A stretch of DNA of 32,000 nt from Jiangellaceae bacterium. GTDB lineage: Bacteria; Actinomycetota; Actinomycetes; Jiangellales; Jiangellaceae. Shown here piece after piece: positions 1-8,825 of the stretch (positions within the stretch are counted from its first letter, which is position 1; the number at the start of each line of letters is the position of its first letter). The notes beneath the pieces were generated by a model that had not been told where the DNA came from, made no database searches, and saw only the letters and a program-made list of their open reading frames with translations. A program made the translations under genes and the position numbers. The stretch spans positions 11,396 through 43,395 of the forward strand of contig DASSDH010000109.1 in the NCBI GenBank assembly GCA_035697245.1. The letters are read 5' to 3'.

Positions 1-1154
1 GCACCGGTGATCTCCGGGACGCCGTCGGTCGGAACCAGGTCGCGGAGAACCGCCTCGGCCAACGCCAGTTCGACCGGCTGCCGGTTGAGACTGGCGAAAG
101 CGGTGACGCGGATCAGCGCACCTTCCAGCTCGCGGATGTTGGTGGCAATTCGACTGGCGATGTATTCCAGCACGTCGGCCGGAACGTTCAGATGGTCCTG
201 GTCGGCCTTCTTGGACAAGATCGCAATCCGAGTTTCCAGGTCCGGCGGCTGGACATCGCAGATCAGCCCCCATTCGAACCGGTTGCGGAGCCGGTCCTCC
301 AGTGCTGAGAGCTGCTTGGGCGGCCGATCGGAGGTGATGACGATCTGCTTGGTCGCGTTGTGCAGTGTGTTGAAGGTGTGGAAGAACTCCTCCTGGGTCT
401 GGATCTTCCCCTCGAGGAATTGGATGTCGTCGATGAGCAGCACGTCGACGTCGCGATACCGGCGCTGGAAGGCTGATGCTTTGTCGTCGCGGATGGAGTT
501 GATGAAGTCGTTGGTGAACTCCTCCGAACTCACGTAGCGAACCCTGGTGCCGGGGTAGATCGTGCGGACGTAGTGGCCGATCGCATGCAGCAGGTGAGTC
601 TTTCCCAGGCCAGAGTCGCCGTAGATCAGCAGCGGGTTGTACGCCTTGCCGGGGGCCTCGGCCACGGCGACCGCGGCGGCGTGGGCGAAGCGGTTGCTCG
701 AGCCGATGACGAACGTCTCGAATGCGTAGCGTGGGTTGAGCCGGGACTGTTCGACCTCCGGTCGGCGCGTGACGTCGGGTACCGGGTGTGGAGCGAAGGA
801 CGGTTCGCCGTTGACGGGCGGAGCTCCACCAACGCTCTCGGCCCTTTCTGCCGACTCGGTGAAGCCCGGCACCATGAGCGGCTCATCGGCGAACGGCGCC
901 ACACTGACGGCGAGGCCCACCGGGCGGCCCAGAACACGGCCGAGAGCCTCGACCAACATCGGCCGCAGTCGTTGCTCGAGCTGAATGCGTGCGAAGTCGC
1001 TGGGCACGGCTACGACAGCGGTGTCTTCGACCAAGGTGAGCGGGCGAGCCTGCTGCAAGAACGCTCGCTGCTGTGGGCCGATCTCGATGTCGTCCAACGT
1101 GGCCAGGGCGGCCCCCCATGCGGCACCGAAATCGCCGCCCGGCTCATCGCTCAC
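1..1154 (-). CDS. dnaA: Chromosomal replication initiator DnaA (N-terminal ~384 codons; 3' end lies beyond the window start)
   Basis: Not in the ORF track because there is no stop in the window. My reverse-strand translation from GTG (1154-1152) reads [22 protein letters not shown]...[56 protein letters not shown]...[14 protein letters not shown]...FHTFNTLH...IVITSDRPP...RFEWGL. These are the Walker A, Walker B and sensor motifs of the DnaA AAA+ domain. A GGGGAG Shine-Dalgarno lies 6 nt upstream. Confidence 0.95.
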   Translation of the reverse strand, partial: MSDEPGGDFGAAWGAALATLDDIEIGPQQRAFLQQARPLTLVEDTAVVAVPSDFARIQLEQRLRPMLVEALGRVLGRPVGLAVSVAPFADEPLMVPGFTESAERAESVGGAPPVNGEPSFAPHPVPDVTRRPEVEQSRLNPRYAFETFVIGSSNRFAHAAAVAVAEAPGKAYNPLLIYGDSGLGKTHLLHAIGHYVRTIYPGTRVRYVSSEEFTNDFINSIRDDKASAFQRRYRDVDVLLIDDIQFLEGKIQTQEEFFHTFNTLHNATKQIVITSDRPPKQLSALEDRLRNRFEWGLICDVQPPDLETRIAILSKKADQDHLNVPADVLEYIASRIATNIRELEGALIRVTAFASLNRQPVELALAEAVLRDLVPTDGVPEITG

Positions 1155-1228
1155 ACTGTCTCCCCTTGATCGAGCCCTGCCGATACGGCGTCCGGCGCAG
1201 CAGGTGCTGGCCATCTGGCGTCGCGCTG

Positions 1229-1259
1229 CAGTCCACACGGTCATCCACAGTGTGTGGAG
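1229..1259. promoter_or_regulatory. Cluster of three DnaA-box-like 9-mers upstream of dnaA
   Basis: CAGTCCACA (1229-1237), TCATCCACA (1241-1249), and TGTGTGGAG (1251-1259, reverse complement CTCCACACA). All carry the TCCACA core of the actinobacterial box TTGTCCACA. The last two are head-to-head and form the palindrome CCACAgtgTGTGG. Confidence 0.6.
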
Positions 1260-1397
1260 CGTAGAGGACGGTGCCTCCACCTACCCATACACACGTGCTG
1301 ACCTGCGCAAACACGGTTTTCTCCCCGGCAGGCACGTCGCCGTGACGACGCTGGTCGAATCCGGGACGGTAACAACTCCAACGGGTGGGTTCAACCG

Positions 1398-1406
1398 GTG
1401 TCCACA
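1398..1406 (+). promoter_or_regulatory. Isolated DnaA-box-like 9-mer GTGTCCACA
   Basis: 8 of 9 match to TTGTCCACA in the dnaA-rpmH intergenic region. Confidence 0.45.
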
Positions 1407-1514
1407 GGTTGTCTCGCGGTTTCCGGCGTGTCGCGTCCGGAATTACCGTTCGTCGAATGCGATGGGTGACGACTTGGTGCCTGTCGGAACACCGTCGGGC
1501 GGGGCGGGTCCGGT

Positions 1515-1544
1515 TTGACCCTGTGGCACCGCGGCACGTACCGT
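1515..1544 (+). promoter_or_regulatory. Candidate housekeeping-type promoter for rpmH-rnpA
   Basis: TTGACC (1515-1520), an 18-nt spacer, then TACCGT (1539-1544, fits TANNNT), about 100 nt upstream of the rpmH GTG. Confidence 0.35.
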
Positions 1545-1581
1545 GGGTCGGTCCGACGAGGGCCCCAGAACACCTGTGTGT

Positions 1582-1590
1582 GATTCCACA
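1582..1590 (+). promoter_or_regulatory. Isolated DnaA-box-like 9-mer GATTCCACA
   Basis: TCCACA core in the same intergenic region. Weaker match than the others. Confidence 0.3.
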
Positions 1591-1644
1591 CGCCTGGGTA
1601 GTCGTCGGTTCTGACTGTCTGCTCGTCAACGATGGAGCCCGGAC

Positions 1645-1779
1645 GTGAAGCGCACCTTCCAGCCGAACAACCGTCGCCGCGCTCGGACCCACGGCTTCCG
1701 GCTGCGCATGCGGACCCGGGCTGGCCGAGGGATCATCGGCGCTCGTCGTCGCAAGGGCCGTGCGCGGCTGTCTGCCTGA
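1645..1779 (+). CDS. rpmH: 50S ribosomal protein L34
   Basis: Not in the ORF track (44 aa). GTG at 1645 translates to [44 protein letters not shown], with the stop at 1777-1779. GGAG lies 8 nt upstream. This is the canonical L34 sequence. Confidence 0.95.
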   Translation: MKRTFQPNNRRRARTHGFRLRMRTRAGRGIIGARRRKGRARLSA

Positions 1780-1819
1780 GCCGGGCCCGATCACGCCAAC
1801 GGCACTGGGAGGGGTTCGC

Positions 1820-2179
1820 GTGCTGCCTCCCGGGAACAGGTTGCGGCTCACCCGAGAACATCGAGGCACGGTTCGCCATGGCGGCCGAAGTGGTGGCCGC
1901 TACGTGGTCGTGCACGTGCTCGACACTGGTCACGATCGGCCCGCCAGGGCCGGGTTCGTGGTCGGCCGGGCCGTCGGTGGTGCTGTGACGAGAAACGCTG
2001 TGCGCCGTCGGCTCCGTCACCTCGTCCGGGAACGGCTCGGCCGCCTTCCGGATGGATCCCTGGTCGTGGTACGCGCCCACGCCGAGGCGGCGAACGTTGC
2101 GAGCGCACTGCTCGGCCGAGACCTCGACGCGGTACTGGACCGAGCGCTGTCCCGCCGGGACGAAGGTGAACGTTCATGA
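1820..2179 (+). CDS. rnpA: Ribonuclease P protein component
   Basis: In-frame GTG at 1820 within track ORF 1760-2179. The product [18 protein letters not shown]...[27 protein letters not shown] fits the RnpA basic motif (xVGxAVxRNxxKRxLR). Position directly after rpmH. Confidence 0.85.
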   Translation: MLPPGNRLRLTREHRGTVRHGGRSGGRYVVVHVLDTGHDRPARAGFVVGRAVGGAVTRNAVRRRLRHLVRERLGRLPDGSLVVVRAHAEAANVASALLGRDLDAVLDRALSRRDEGERS

Positions 2180-2460
2180 GCCGCGTCCTAGTGGCGCTGC
2201 TCAAGGCGTACCGACTGCTGATCAGCCCGCTTTATGGCCAAACCTGCCGTTACTACCCCTCCTGTTCCGCGTACGCCTTGAGCGCCATCGAGACGCACGG
2301 CAGCCTGAAGGGCTCCTGGCTGGCGCTGCGCCGGCTCGGCCGCTGCCATCCGTGGACGCCCGGTGGAGTGGATTTCGTCCCGCCACTCGGCTCCTATCGG
2401 TGGTGGGGGATCACCGCGGGTACGGCTGAGAGCCCCCGTCCAGCCGGGCAAGGAGCCTGA
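2176..2460 (+). CDS. yidD: Membrane protein insertion efficiency factor YidD
   Basis: [53 protein letters not shown] is the YidD signature. ATGA overlap with the rnpA stop. Confidence 0.9.
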   Translation: MSRVLVALLKAYRLLISPLYGQTCRYYPSCSAYALSAIETHGSLKGSWLALRRLGRCHPWTPGGVDFVPPLGSYRWWGITAGTAESPRPAGQGA

Positions 2461-2466
2461 GCACCC

Positions 2467-3411
2467 GTGGACACTCTGCTGACGCCCCTCTACTTCCTGG
2501 TCAGCTGGATCATGATCGGCTGGCACTGGGTGTTCGCGGAGCTGCTCGGCATCCCCAATGACGGAGTCAACTGGGCGTTGTCGATCATCGGTCTGGTCGT
2601 CGTGATCAGGATCATGCTGATCCCCCTGTTCGTGCGGCAGATCAAGGCGCAGCGGAACATGCAAATGCTGCAGCCGAAGGTCCGCGAGATTCAGAAGAAG
2701 TACAAAGGCGACCGGGAACGTCTCCAGCAGGAGACGATGAAGCTGTACAAGGAAACTGGCACGAACCCGTTCGCCTCGTGCATGCCGATCATCTTGCAGG
2801 CGCCGTTCCTGTTTGCTCTGTTTCGGGTGCTGGACGGGATCGCCAAAGACATCCCACGAGGCGCGTTCGTCAGCCACCCGGAGCTGTTCGAGTCGGCAGA
2901 GGCTGCGACGATCTTCGGAGCTCCGCTGTCGGCCTCGTTCCTGGATGCGCCGAACATCCAGACCAAGATCATCGCAATGGTGATGGTCGTGCTGATGACG
3001 CTGACGACCTTCCTCACCCAGCGCCAGATCATGCGCAAGAACATGCCGAAGGAAGCGATGGAGGGGCCGTTCGCCCAGCAGCAGAAGATCCTTCTCTACG
3101 TGTTGCCACTGGTCTTCGCCGTCTCTGGGGTTTATTTCCCGCTCGGCGTCGTCCTCTACTGGCTCACCTCCAACATCTGGACGATGGGGCAGCAGTTCTA
3201 CGTGATCCGAAGAATGCCGGCACCGGGCACACCGGCGGAAGAGGCCCACCGGCGGCGGCTGGAGGCAAAGGCACGCCGTCGTGGCGAAGCCGTCCCGGCC
3301 AGCGGGGTGCCGGAACCGGCTCCTCCTCCTCCGCCGGTACGTCAGCAGCCCAAGCGGAACACCCGGTCTCAACGACGAAGCAACGCACAGCGGAACAAGA
3401 AGAAGAAATGA
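2467..3411 (+). CDS. yidC: Membrane protein insertase YidC
   Basis: Polytopic membrane protein with KAQRNMQMLQPKVREIQKKYKGDRERLQQETMKLYKETGTNPFASCMPIILQAPFLFALF (YidC/Oxa1 core) and a basic C-terminal tail ending KKKK. Conserved synteny. Confidence 0.95.
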   Translation: MDTLLTPLYFLVSWIMIGWHWVFAELLGIPNDGVNWALSIIGLVVVIRIMLIPLFVRQIKAQRNMQMLQPKVREIQKKYKGDRERLQQETMKLYKETGTNPFASCMPIILQAPFLFALFRVLDGIAKDIPRGAFVSHPELFESAEAATIFGAPLSASFLDAPNIQTKIIAMVMVVLMTLTTFLTQRQIMRKNMPKEAMEGPFAQQQKILLYVLPLVFAVSGVYFPLGVVLYWLTSNIWTMGQQFYVIRRMPAPGTPAEEAHRRRLEAKARRRGEAVPASGVPEPAPPPPPVRQQPKRNTRSQRRSNAQRNKKKK

Positions 3412-3463
3412 CCCAATTGGCTTGGCCAGGACGGTCGAGTCGCCACTCCGCGAGGAGCTCGAG

Positions 3464-3991
3464 ATGAGCGATTCCGTTCAGCCGATGGGGGATCCTGGGC
3501 CCGACGCGGCTGACCAACAGGCCGACCCGGAGCGGCTGCGCGGGCTCGAACGTGAGGGCGACATCGCTGCCGACTATCTCGAGGGTCTACTCGACATCGC
3601 CGATTTCGACGGGGACATCGACATGGATGTCGAAGCCGACCGCGCCGTAGTGTCCGTGGTCGGCGCCGATCTCGAGGAGCTGGTCGGCGATGACGGGCAG
3701 GTGCTCGAAGCGCTGCAAGAGCTCACCAGGCTGGCTGTCGTTCGGGAGACCGGGGAGCGCAGCAGGCTGATGCTCGACATCGGCGGCTTTCGGGCTCGAA
3801 AACGTGCCGAGCTGACCGTGCTGGCCGGGCAGATGGCGCAGCAAGCTCGCACCAGTGGCGAGCCGGTTCGGCTGGTTCCGATGACCCCGTTCGAGCGAAA
3901 AGTCATCCACGACGCGGTCGCCGCCGCCGGCCTGCGCAGTGAGTCCGAGGGTGAGGAGCCGGAACGTTTCGTCGTCGTCCTGCCCAACTGA
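3464..3991 (+). CDS. jag: Jag/KhpB-type RNA-binding protein (KH plus R3H domains)
   Basis: ATG at 3464; the track ORF begins at 3281 inside yidC. The C-terminus VPMTPFERKVIHDAVAAAGLRSESEGEEPERFVVVLP is an R3H motif. Position after yidC. Confidence 0.85.
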   Translation: MSDSVQPMGDPGPDAADQQADPERLRGLEREGDIAADYLEGLLDIADFDGDIDMDVEADRAVVSVVGADLEELVGDDGQVLEALQELTRLAVVRETGERSRLMLDIGGFRARKRAELTVLAGQMAQQARTSGEPVRLVPMTPFERKVIHDAVAAAGLRSESEGEEPERFVVVLPN

Positions 3992-4031
3992 GAACTCCGG
4001 TGATGGAGTCGATCGTCGGTAGAGCCGAGCG

Positions 4032-4745
4032 GTGTTTCACGTGAAACATGGCATCGACTCCGCCGCGGGCACAGTTGTGCCCTCGACCCCGGCCGTGGCC
4101 AGCGACGTCTTCGGCGATCGGTTGCCGCTGGCGGAACGCTACGTCGATCTGCTGGTGACTGACGGCATTCAACGTGGGGTGATCGGGCCGCATGAGGTAC
4201 CGCGAATCTGGCCACGGCACATCCTCAACTGCGCGGTCGTTCACCCGGCCATACCACCCGGCGCCGTGGTCGCCGACGTCGGGTCCGGCGCCGGCCTGCC
4301 GGGAGTGGTCGTGTCGATCGTCCGAGCGGACTTGTCGCTGTTCCTTGTCGAACCATCGCAGCGGCGGGTCGACTTCCTGATCGCGGTGGTGGCCCAGCTG
4401 GGATTGAGCAACGTTGCCGTCCGGCGCGCGCGTGCCGAGGAGTTGACCGCCGAGCTCAGCGTTGATGTCGTCACCGCTCGGGCGGTCGCCCCGTTGGAGC
4501 GGCTCGTACCGTGGACGCTGCCCTTGCTGGCGCCCGGTGGCCGAATGGTGGCGCTGAAGGGCCGATCGGTCCAGGCCGAACTGGACCGGACAGAGCCACT
4601 TCTGCGCAGGATCGGCGCGAGGTCCTGGTGGGTCGACGAGTACGGTTCCGGCATCGTTCGACCGCCGACACGGGTCGCAATCGTCGAAGTCGGGACTCGA
4701 GTAGGCCAAGCTGTACCCCGATGGCGAACGACGAGGAGGAGTTGA
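4032..4745 (+). CDS. rsmG: 16S rRNA (guanine527-N7)-methyltransferase RsmG/GidB
   Basis: FGDRLPLAERYVDLLVTDGIQRGVIGPHEVPRIWPRHILNCAVV...VADVGSGAGLPGVV (SAM-binding GxGxG). The start is ambiguous among GTG 4032, 4041 and 4077. Confidence 0.9.
   Translation: MFHVKHGIDSAAGTVVPSTPAVASDVFGDRLPLAERYVDLLVTDGIQRGVIGPHEVPRIWPRHILNCAVVHPAIPPGAVVADVGSGAGLPGVVVSIVRADLSLFLVEPSQRRVDFLIAVVAQLGLSNVAVRRARAEELTAELSVDVVTARAVAPLERLVPWTLPLLAPGGRMVALKGRSVQAELDRTEPLLRRIGARSWWVDEYGSGIVRPPTRVAIVEVGTRVGQAVPRWRTTRRS
4033..4048. promoter_or_regulatory. parS: parS centromere-like site (perfect palindrome TGTTTCACGTGAAACA)
   Basis: Exact 16-bp palindrome matching the ParB-binding consensus. It overlaps the candidate rsmG start codons at 4032 and 4041. 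Confidence 0.85.
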
Positions 4746-5890
4746 GCGTGTCGGCGACGGTTTCCGGGCTTGGTTGGCCGGAGACCGGTCATACCGCCGA
4801 CACGGCCGACTCAAGCGACGGTTCCGCAGGTGCCCATCTCGGTTGGCCCGACGACGCTCGGCCGGCCGAGCCGACCGGCTCGCCGATGCGCGCTGGCGGT
4901 GCCACCCCTGCAGCGAGCACGACCATGAACCGCGTCATGGCGGCGGCCGAGATCGCGATGTCGGCCCCGATGCCTGACTCGGCGCTCGATACGGACACCC
5001 CGATCGCGCAGCAGGCTGCTGCCGCGCTGCGCGTGGTCGACCGGCGTGCGCCCTTCCCGGCTCCCCCCGTCACTCGGATCATGGTCGTCGCCAACCAGAA
5101 GGGCGGGGTGGGAAAGACGACCACGACGGTCAACCTCGCCGCGGCGCTCGCCTTCCATGGCCTTGACGTGCTCGTCATCGACCTCGATCCGCAGGGCAAC
5201 GCCTCGACCGCGCTCGGCATCGACCATCATGCTGACATCCCCAGTGTGTACGACGTGCTGGTCGACGGCGCGGCGATGGCGGACATCGTGACGGCTGTGG
5301 ATGGCGTGGAGAGGCTGCGCTGTGTTCCGGCGACCATCGATCTCGCCGGCGCCGAGATCGAATTGGTGTCGGTCGTCGCCCGGGAGTCGCGGCTGCAGAA
5401 AGCGCTGCGGGCCCACCTCAAGGAACACGGTGTCCAGTACGACTACGTGCTGATCGACTGTCCACCCTCGCTCGGCCTGCTCACAGTGAACGCCCTGGTC
5501 GGCGGGGACGAGGTGTTGATTCCGATCCAATGCGAGTACTACGCCCTCGAAGGGCTGAGCCAACTGCTCAAGAACATCGACTTGGTACGCGCCCACCTGA
5601 ATCCGGCGCTGGCGGTCACCACCATCCTGCTGACGATGTACGACGGACGAACCCGATTGGCCGCACAGGTAGCCGACGAGGTTCGTCGGCACTTCGGCGA
5701 CACGGTGCTACGGACTACCATTCCGCGTTCGGTTCGAGTCAGCGAGGCGCCCAGTTATGGACAGACGGTGATGACCTATGACCCGGGATCGAGCGGGGCG
5801 TTGTCATATCTCGAGGCGGCTCGGGAGATGGCAATCCGGGGCGCTCCTGGGGTGACAGCGATTGGCGATACCAGGAGGGAGAAGCTGTGA
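4721..5890 (+). CDS. parA: Chromosome partitioning ATPase ParA (Soj)
   Basis: Deviant Walker A in [25 protein letters not shown], plus DLDPQGN and [13 protein letters not shown]. The track ORF starts at 4511 inside rsmG. The ATG at 4721 is the first plausible start; in-frame ATGs at 4886, 4925 and 4937 are alternatives. Confidence 0.9.
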   Translation: MANDEEELSVSATVSGLGWPETGHTADTADSSDGSAGAHLGWPDDARPAEPTGSPMRAGGATPAASTTMNRVMAAAEIAMSAPMPDSALDTDTPIAQQAAAALRVVDRRAPFPAPPVTRIMVVANQKGGVGKTTTTVNLAAALAFHGLDVLVIDLDPQGNASTALGIDHHADIPSVYDVLVDGAAMADIVTAVDGVERLRCVPATIDLAGAEIELVSVVARESRLQKALRAHLKEHGVQYDYVLIDCPPSLGLLTVNALVGGDEVLIPIQCEYYALEGLSQLLKNIDLVRAHLNPALAVTTILLTMYDGRTRLAAQVADEVRRHFGDTVLRTTIPRSVRVSEAPSYGQTVMTYDPGSSGALSYLEAAREMAIRGAPGVTAIGDTRREKL

Positions 5891-6969
5891 GCGAGCGTCG
5901 ACGTGGACTCGGCCGCGGGCTCGGTGCGTTGATTCCCACGAGTCCGATCCGGGAGAGCCGAGGCGCCGAAGCCCGCCCGGCGCCCGTCGACGTGTTCTTC
6001 ACCGGCTCCGACGGAGAGACAGGAGACGGCGCCGCCGCTGTTCCACGTGAAACAGAGGGGACGGCTGCGGCGGGCGACGCGCCCGAAGCCGGGCTCGTCC
6101 CCGTGGCCGGAGCGCATTTCAGCGAGATTCCGGTCGATGGGATCTCACCCAACCCGCGGCAGCCTCGGGCAGTCTTCGACGAAGACGCCATGGCGGAGCT
6201 GGTCGAGTCGATCCGCGAAGTCGGATTGCTGCAGCCGGTCGTCGTAAGAGCACTGCCGGGTGGGCGATACGAACTGGTCATGGGCGAGCGCCGGTGGCGC
6301 GCAGCGGTCCGGGCTGGCCTCGCGACGATCCCCGCCATCGTCCGCCACACTCACGACGACGCCATGCTCCGCGATGCCCTGCTCGAGAACCTGCACCGCA
6401 GCAACCTGAATCCGCTGGAGGAAGCGGCGGCGTACCAGCAGCTGCTCGACGATTTCGGCTGCACGCATGACGAACTTGCCACCCGCATTCAGCGGTCTCG
6501 GCCGCAGATCTCCAACACCTTGCGGCTGCTCAAGCTCCCGCCCGCCGTCCAACGCCGGGTGGCGGCCGGCGTCCTGTCGGCAGGTCATGCACGTGCCCTG
6601 CTGGCACTGACCGATGCGCCGGCGCAGGAACGGCTCGCCCAGCGGATCGTCGCCGAGGGCCTCAGCGTGCGGTCGGTCGAGGAGATCGTCGCGGTCGGAG
6701 GCGATGTGGCTCCTCACCGCCGCGCCGCGCCGGCCCCCAAACCGGTCGCTCCGCGGTTGGCCGACATCGCGGCGACACTCTCCGAGCGCCTGGACACCCG
6801 AGTCAGGGTCGAGCTGGGCCGGCGTAAGGGAAAGGTCACGATCGAGTTCGCCAGTCTCGACGACCTCGAACGGATCATCACCTCGATTACGACCACCGAC
6901 GCGCCGGCACACCTCCGGGCCGATACGCCCGAGCCCCGTTCGTCCGCGCCAGCGATGGTGCGCGGCTAG
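5887..6969 (+). CDS. parB: Chromosome partitioning protein ParB (Spo0J)
   Basis: [13 protein letters not shown] at the N-terminus, the NPRQPR box, LLQPVVVR and GERRWRAA (ParB box II). GTGA overlap with the parA stop. Confidence 0.95.
   Translation: MSERRRGLGRGLGALIPTSPIRESRGAEARPAPVDVFFTGSDGETGDGAAAVPRETEGTAAAGDAPEAGLVPVAGAHFSEIPVDGISPNPRQPRAVFDEDAMAELVESIREVGLLQPVVVRALPGGRYELVMGERRWRAAVRAGLATIPAIVRHTHDDAMLRDALLENLHRSNLNPLEEAAAYQQLLDDFGCTHDELATRIQRSRPQISNTLRLLKLPPAVQRRVAAGVLSAGHARALLALTDAPAQERLAQRIVAEGLSVRSVEEIVAVGGDVAPHRRAAPAPKPVAPRLADIAATLSERLDTRVRVELGRRKGKVTIEFASLDDLERIITSITTTDAPAHLRADTPEPRSSAPAMVRG
6039..6054. promoter_or_regulatory. parS: parS site TGTTCCACGTGAAACA inside the parB 5' region
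   Basis: 15 of 16 match to the perfect palindrome at 4033-4048, and identical to the classical Bacillus-type parS as I recall it. Confidence 0.8.
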
Positions 6970-7592
6970 ACCGGACGCAGGGCCGGCTCTCGAACGACGG
7001 AGCCCAGAATGCGCTCGACCGCGACCTCCACGTCCTCGCGCCAGTTCACCGTGGATCGCAGATCGAGCCGGAAACGGGGCCAGCGGTCATGCGGCCGAAC
7101 GATCTGGAACCCGAGCGCGGACAGGTACTCGGCGGGCAGGAGACACGCCGGCCGATCCCACCGGGCGTCACCGAACGCCTCAATGGCCCTGGTGCCGCGC
7201 TGCAGCAGATCCTTCGCGGCCGCCTGAACGAGAGAGCGGCCGACTCCGCCTCCGTGGTGCTCCGCCTGTACGAAGGCGGTCACCAGCAGGATCGCGTCCG
7301 GGCTGACCGGACTGGTGGGAAAGCTGGCAGCCCGAGGAACTATTGACGGCGGCGCGTACAGAACGTGACCAATGGGCTGGCTTCCGGCATATGCTACGAA
7401 ACCACAGCTGCCCCACTCGAGCATGACCGCGGAGAGCCAAGCCTCTTTTTCCAGCGCCACGTCTCCCGAGTCCTGCGCCCGCTGAGCAGCGACCGGATCG
7501 AGCTCCCAGCTCACGCAGGACCGGCACGGCCGGGAGAGGTCGTCGAGATTGTCGAGGGTCAAGGCGGCCAACCGCCGACTCGCGGCGTGCAC
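6966..7592 (-). CDS. GNAT-family acetyltransferase-like protein (counterpart of M. tuberculosis Rv3916c by position)
   Basis: The C-terminal half, [39 protein letters not shown], resembles the GNAT acetyl-CoA motif (Q/RxxGxG/A). The N-terminus has [22 protein letters not shown] place the start at GTG 7592 (GGGGAGG 6 nt upstream, 16 nt after the cwlM stop) rather than the track start at 7829. Confidence 0.7.
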   Translation of the reverse strand: MHAASRRLAALTLDNLDDLSRPCRSCVSWELDPVAAQRAQDSGDVALEKEAWLSAVMLEWGSCGFVAYAGSQPIGHVLYAPPSIVPRAASFPTSPVSPDAILLVTAFVQAEHHGGGVGRSLVQAAAKDLLQRGTRAIEAFGDARWDRPACLLPAEYLSALGFQIVRPHDRWPRFRLDLRSTVNWREDVEVAVERILGSVVREPALRPV

Positions 7593-7608
7593 GACGACCT
7601 CCCCGATC

Positions 7609-8754
7609 TCAGGCTCCCGCCAGGTCGCGCAGGCGCAGCGCTCCTGTCTGAGCATCCTCGTGGGAAGGAAGATAGACCCGCTGGACCGCGACCACGATGG
7701 CCTCGGCGACCACGTCACGGAAGGCGGGGCTGGCGAGGCGGTCGGCGTCGCCTTCGTTGGTGATGTATCCGAGCTCGACCCGAACCGCCGCCATCCGGGT
7801 ATGGCGTAGCAGGTCCCATGTCTTCGCATGGCTCCGACAGTCGGCGAGATCGGTCCGGGCCACGATCTCTCGCTGGATCAAACCCGCGAACGTCTCGCCG
7901 ATGACGCTGTTGACGCCGGGCCGGTCGCTGCCGGGGCGGTCGCTGCCGTAGAAGTAAGTAGCGACGCCGGCGGCCACCGGGTTCGGGTGGGCGTCCACAT
8001 GCAGTGATATGACCAGATTGGCGTTCGCCTCGTTGGCAAAATGCGCGCGGGTGTACTCCTCGAGTTCCTCGGTCAGCCCGGTCCCGCGGGTGAGATAGGC
8101 GTGCACACCGGTCGCGCCGAGCCTGCCCTCGATCCGCGCGGCGAGATCCTCGACGATTCTCGCCTCTTCCAGACCATGACCGATGTTCCCTCGGTCCGGT
8201 CCGCCGTGGCCGGGGTCGACAACGACGATCTTGCCGGACAGCCGGGCTCCCGCCAGCCGCAGGGCTTCCCGGGCCCGAAGGTTGTCGGGACGGCCACCGG
8301 TGACGATCGGCGCGAGTCGGGCAAGTGCCTTGAAGGTGCCGGGTCCGCAGGTTCCGTCTGCCGGCAGCCCCACGTTGCGCTGGAACTCCCGCAGTGCCTC
8401 ACCGGTGCGCGGGCCGAACACTCCGTCGACCCGGCCCACTTCGAACCCCAACTCGGTGAGCCGCCGCTGCAAGCTGAGCACGTCGTCACCCGCCTGCGGG
8501 TTGGCGACCACATAGGACAGCAGACGGTCACCAAGCCGCCAACGGGCCTCGTCGAGCACGCGATAGGTCGTAGCGCCGACGACTCCATCGGCTGACAGGC
8601 CTCGTTCTTGCTGGAACAGCAAGACAGCCCGGTACACGTCGTCGTCGAACACGTCCGAATCGCGCGTGTCGAGAAGTCCGAGTTGGTGCAGCTTTGCCCG
8701 GATCTCCGCAACGGCCGGGCCAGTGTCACCGAGCCGGTAGCGCTGGGGGGTCAT
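7609..8754 (-). CDS. cwlM: N-acetylmuramoyl-L-alanine amidase CwlM (two PG-binding repeats plus Amidase_3)
   Basis: ATG at 8754 (track start 9060 is over-extended). MTPQRYRLGDTGPAVAEIRAKLHQLGLL and a second repeat VLSLQRRLTELGFEVGRVDGVFG are PG_binding_1-like. VVVDPGHGGPDRG and ISLHVDA are Amidase_3 zinc motifs. Confidence 0.9.
   Translation of the reverse strand: MTPQRYRLGDTGPAVAEIRAKLHQLGLLDTRDSDVFDDDVYRAVLLFQQERGLSADGVVGATTYRVLDEARWRLGDRLLSYVVANPQAGDDVLSLQRRLTELGFEVGRVDGVFGPRTGEALREFQRNVGLPADGTCGPGTFKALARLAPIVTGGRPDNLRAREALRLAGARLSGKIVVVDPGHGGPDRGNIGHGLEEARIVEDLAARIEGRLGATGVHAYLTRGTGLTEELEEYTRAHFANEANANLVISLHVDAHPNPVAAGVATYFYGSDRPGSDRPGVNSVIGETFAGLIQREIVARTDLADCRSHAKTWDLLRHTRMAAVRVELGYITNEGDADRLASPAFRDVVAEAIVVAVQRVYLPSHEDAQTGALRLRDLAGA
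7917..7946. repeat. 15-bp in-frame tandem duplication inside cwlM
   Basis: ccgggccggtcgctg (7917-7931) is followed by ccggggcggtcgctg (7932-7946), 14 of 15 identical. It encodes GSDRPGSDRPG on the minus strand. Confidence 0.8.
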
Positions 8755-8825
8755 CGGTCCGCGCCGCCCTCCGCAAGTCTGACCGTTGCCGCGATCGTAC
8801 CCGCGGGTCGGCCTCCGCCTTGACG

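Noticed and set aside
7-1169. Plus-strand track ORFs 7-537 and 573-1169, and minus-strand fragments 626-937 and 883-1119
   Set aside because: They are antisense or out of frame relative to the real dnaA gene on the minus strand (frame ending at GTG 1154). Their products are Arg/Ser/Ala-rich nonsense, whereas the dnaA frame gives textbook AAA+ motifs.
1496-1509. G-run stretch GGGCGGGGCGGG (possible G-quadruplex) in the dnaA-rpmH spacer
   Set aside because: There are only three runs of three or more G, which is not enough for a canonical quadruplex and is unremarkable in GC-rich DNA.
985-1988. Track ORFs covering the dnaA-rpmH gap (985-1518 +, 1144-1869 -, 1385-1648 +, 1632-1988 +)
   Set aside because: They have no recognisable domains and poor codon bias. 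They overlap dnaA, rpmH and rnpA, and the region is better explained as a regulatory intergenic spacer.
2188-3372. 394-aa minus-strand ORF antisense to yidD/yidC
   Set aside because: Typical stop-codon-free antisense frame of a high-GC gene. The product is a charged, low-complexity run of R/D/H/Q, while the plus strand encodes an unmistakable YidC.
3574-6912. Long minus-strand ORFs antisense to jag, rsmG, parA and parB (3574-4215, 3903-4814, 4241-4792, 4811-5692, 5739-6350, 6145-6912)
   Set aside because: All are antisense to genes with strong family signatures and have Arg/Pro/Ser-rich artefactual composition.
6966-6969. Convergent parB and GNAT genes share the tetranucleotide CTAG (TAG stop on both strands) with no terminator hairpin between them
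   Set aside because: A curious layout, but it is common in compact high-GC genomes and there is no evidence that it is functional.
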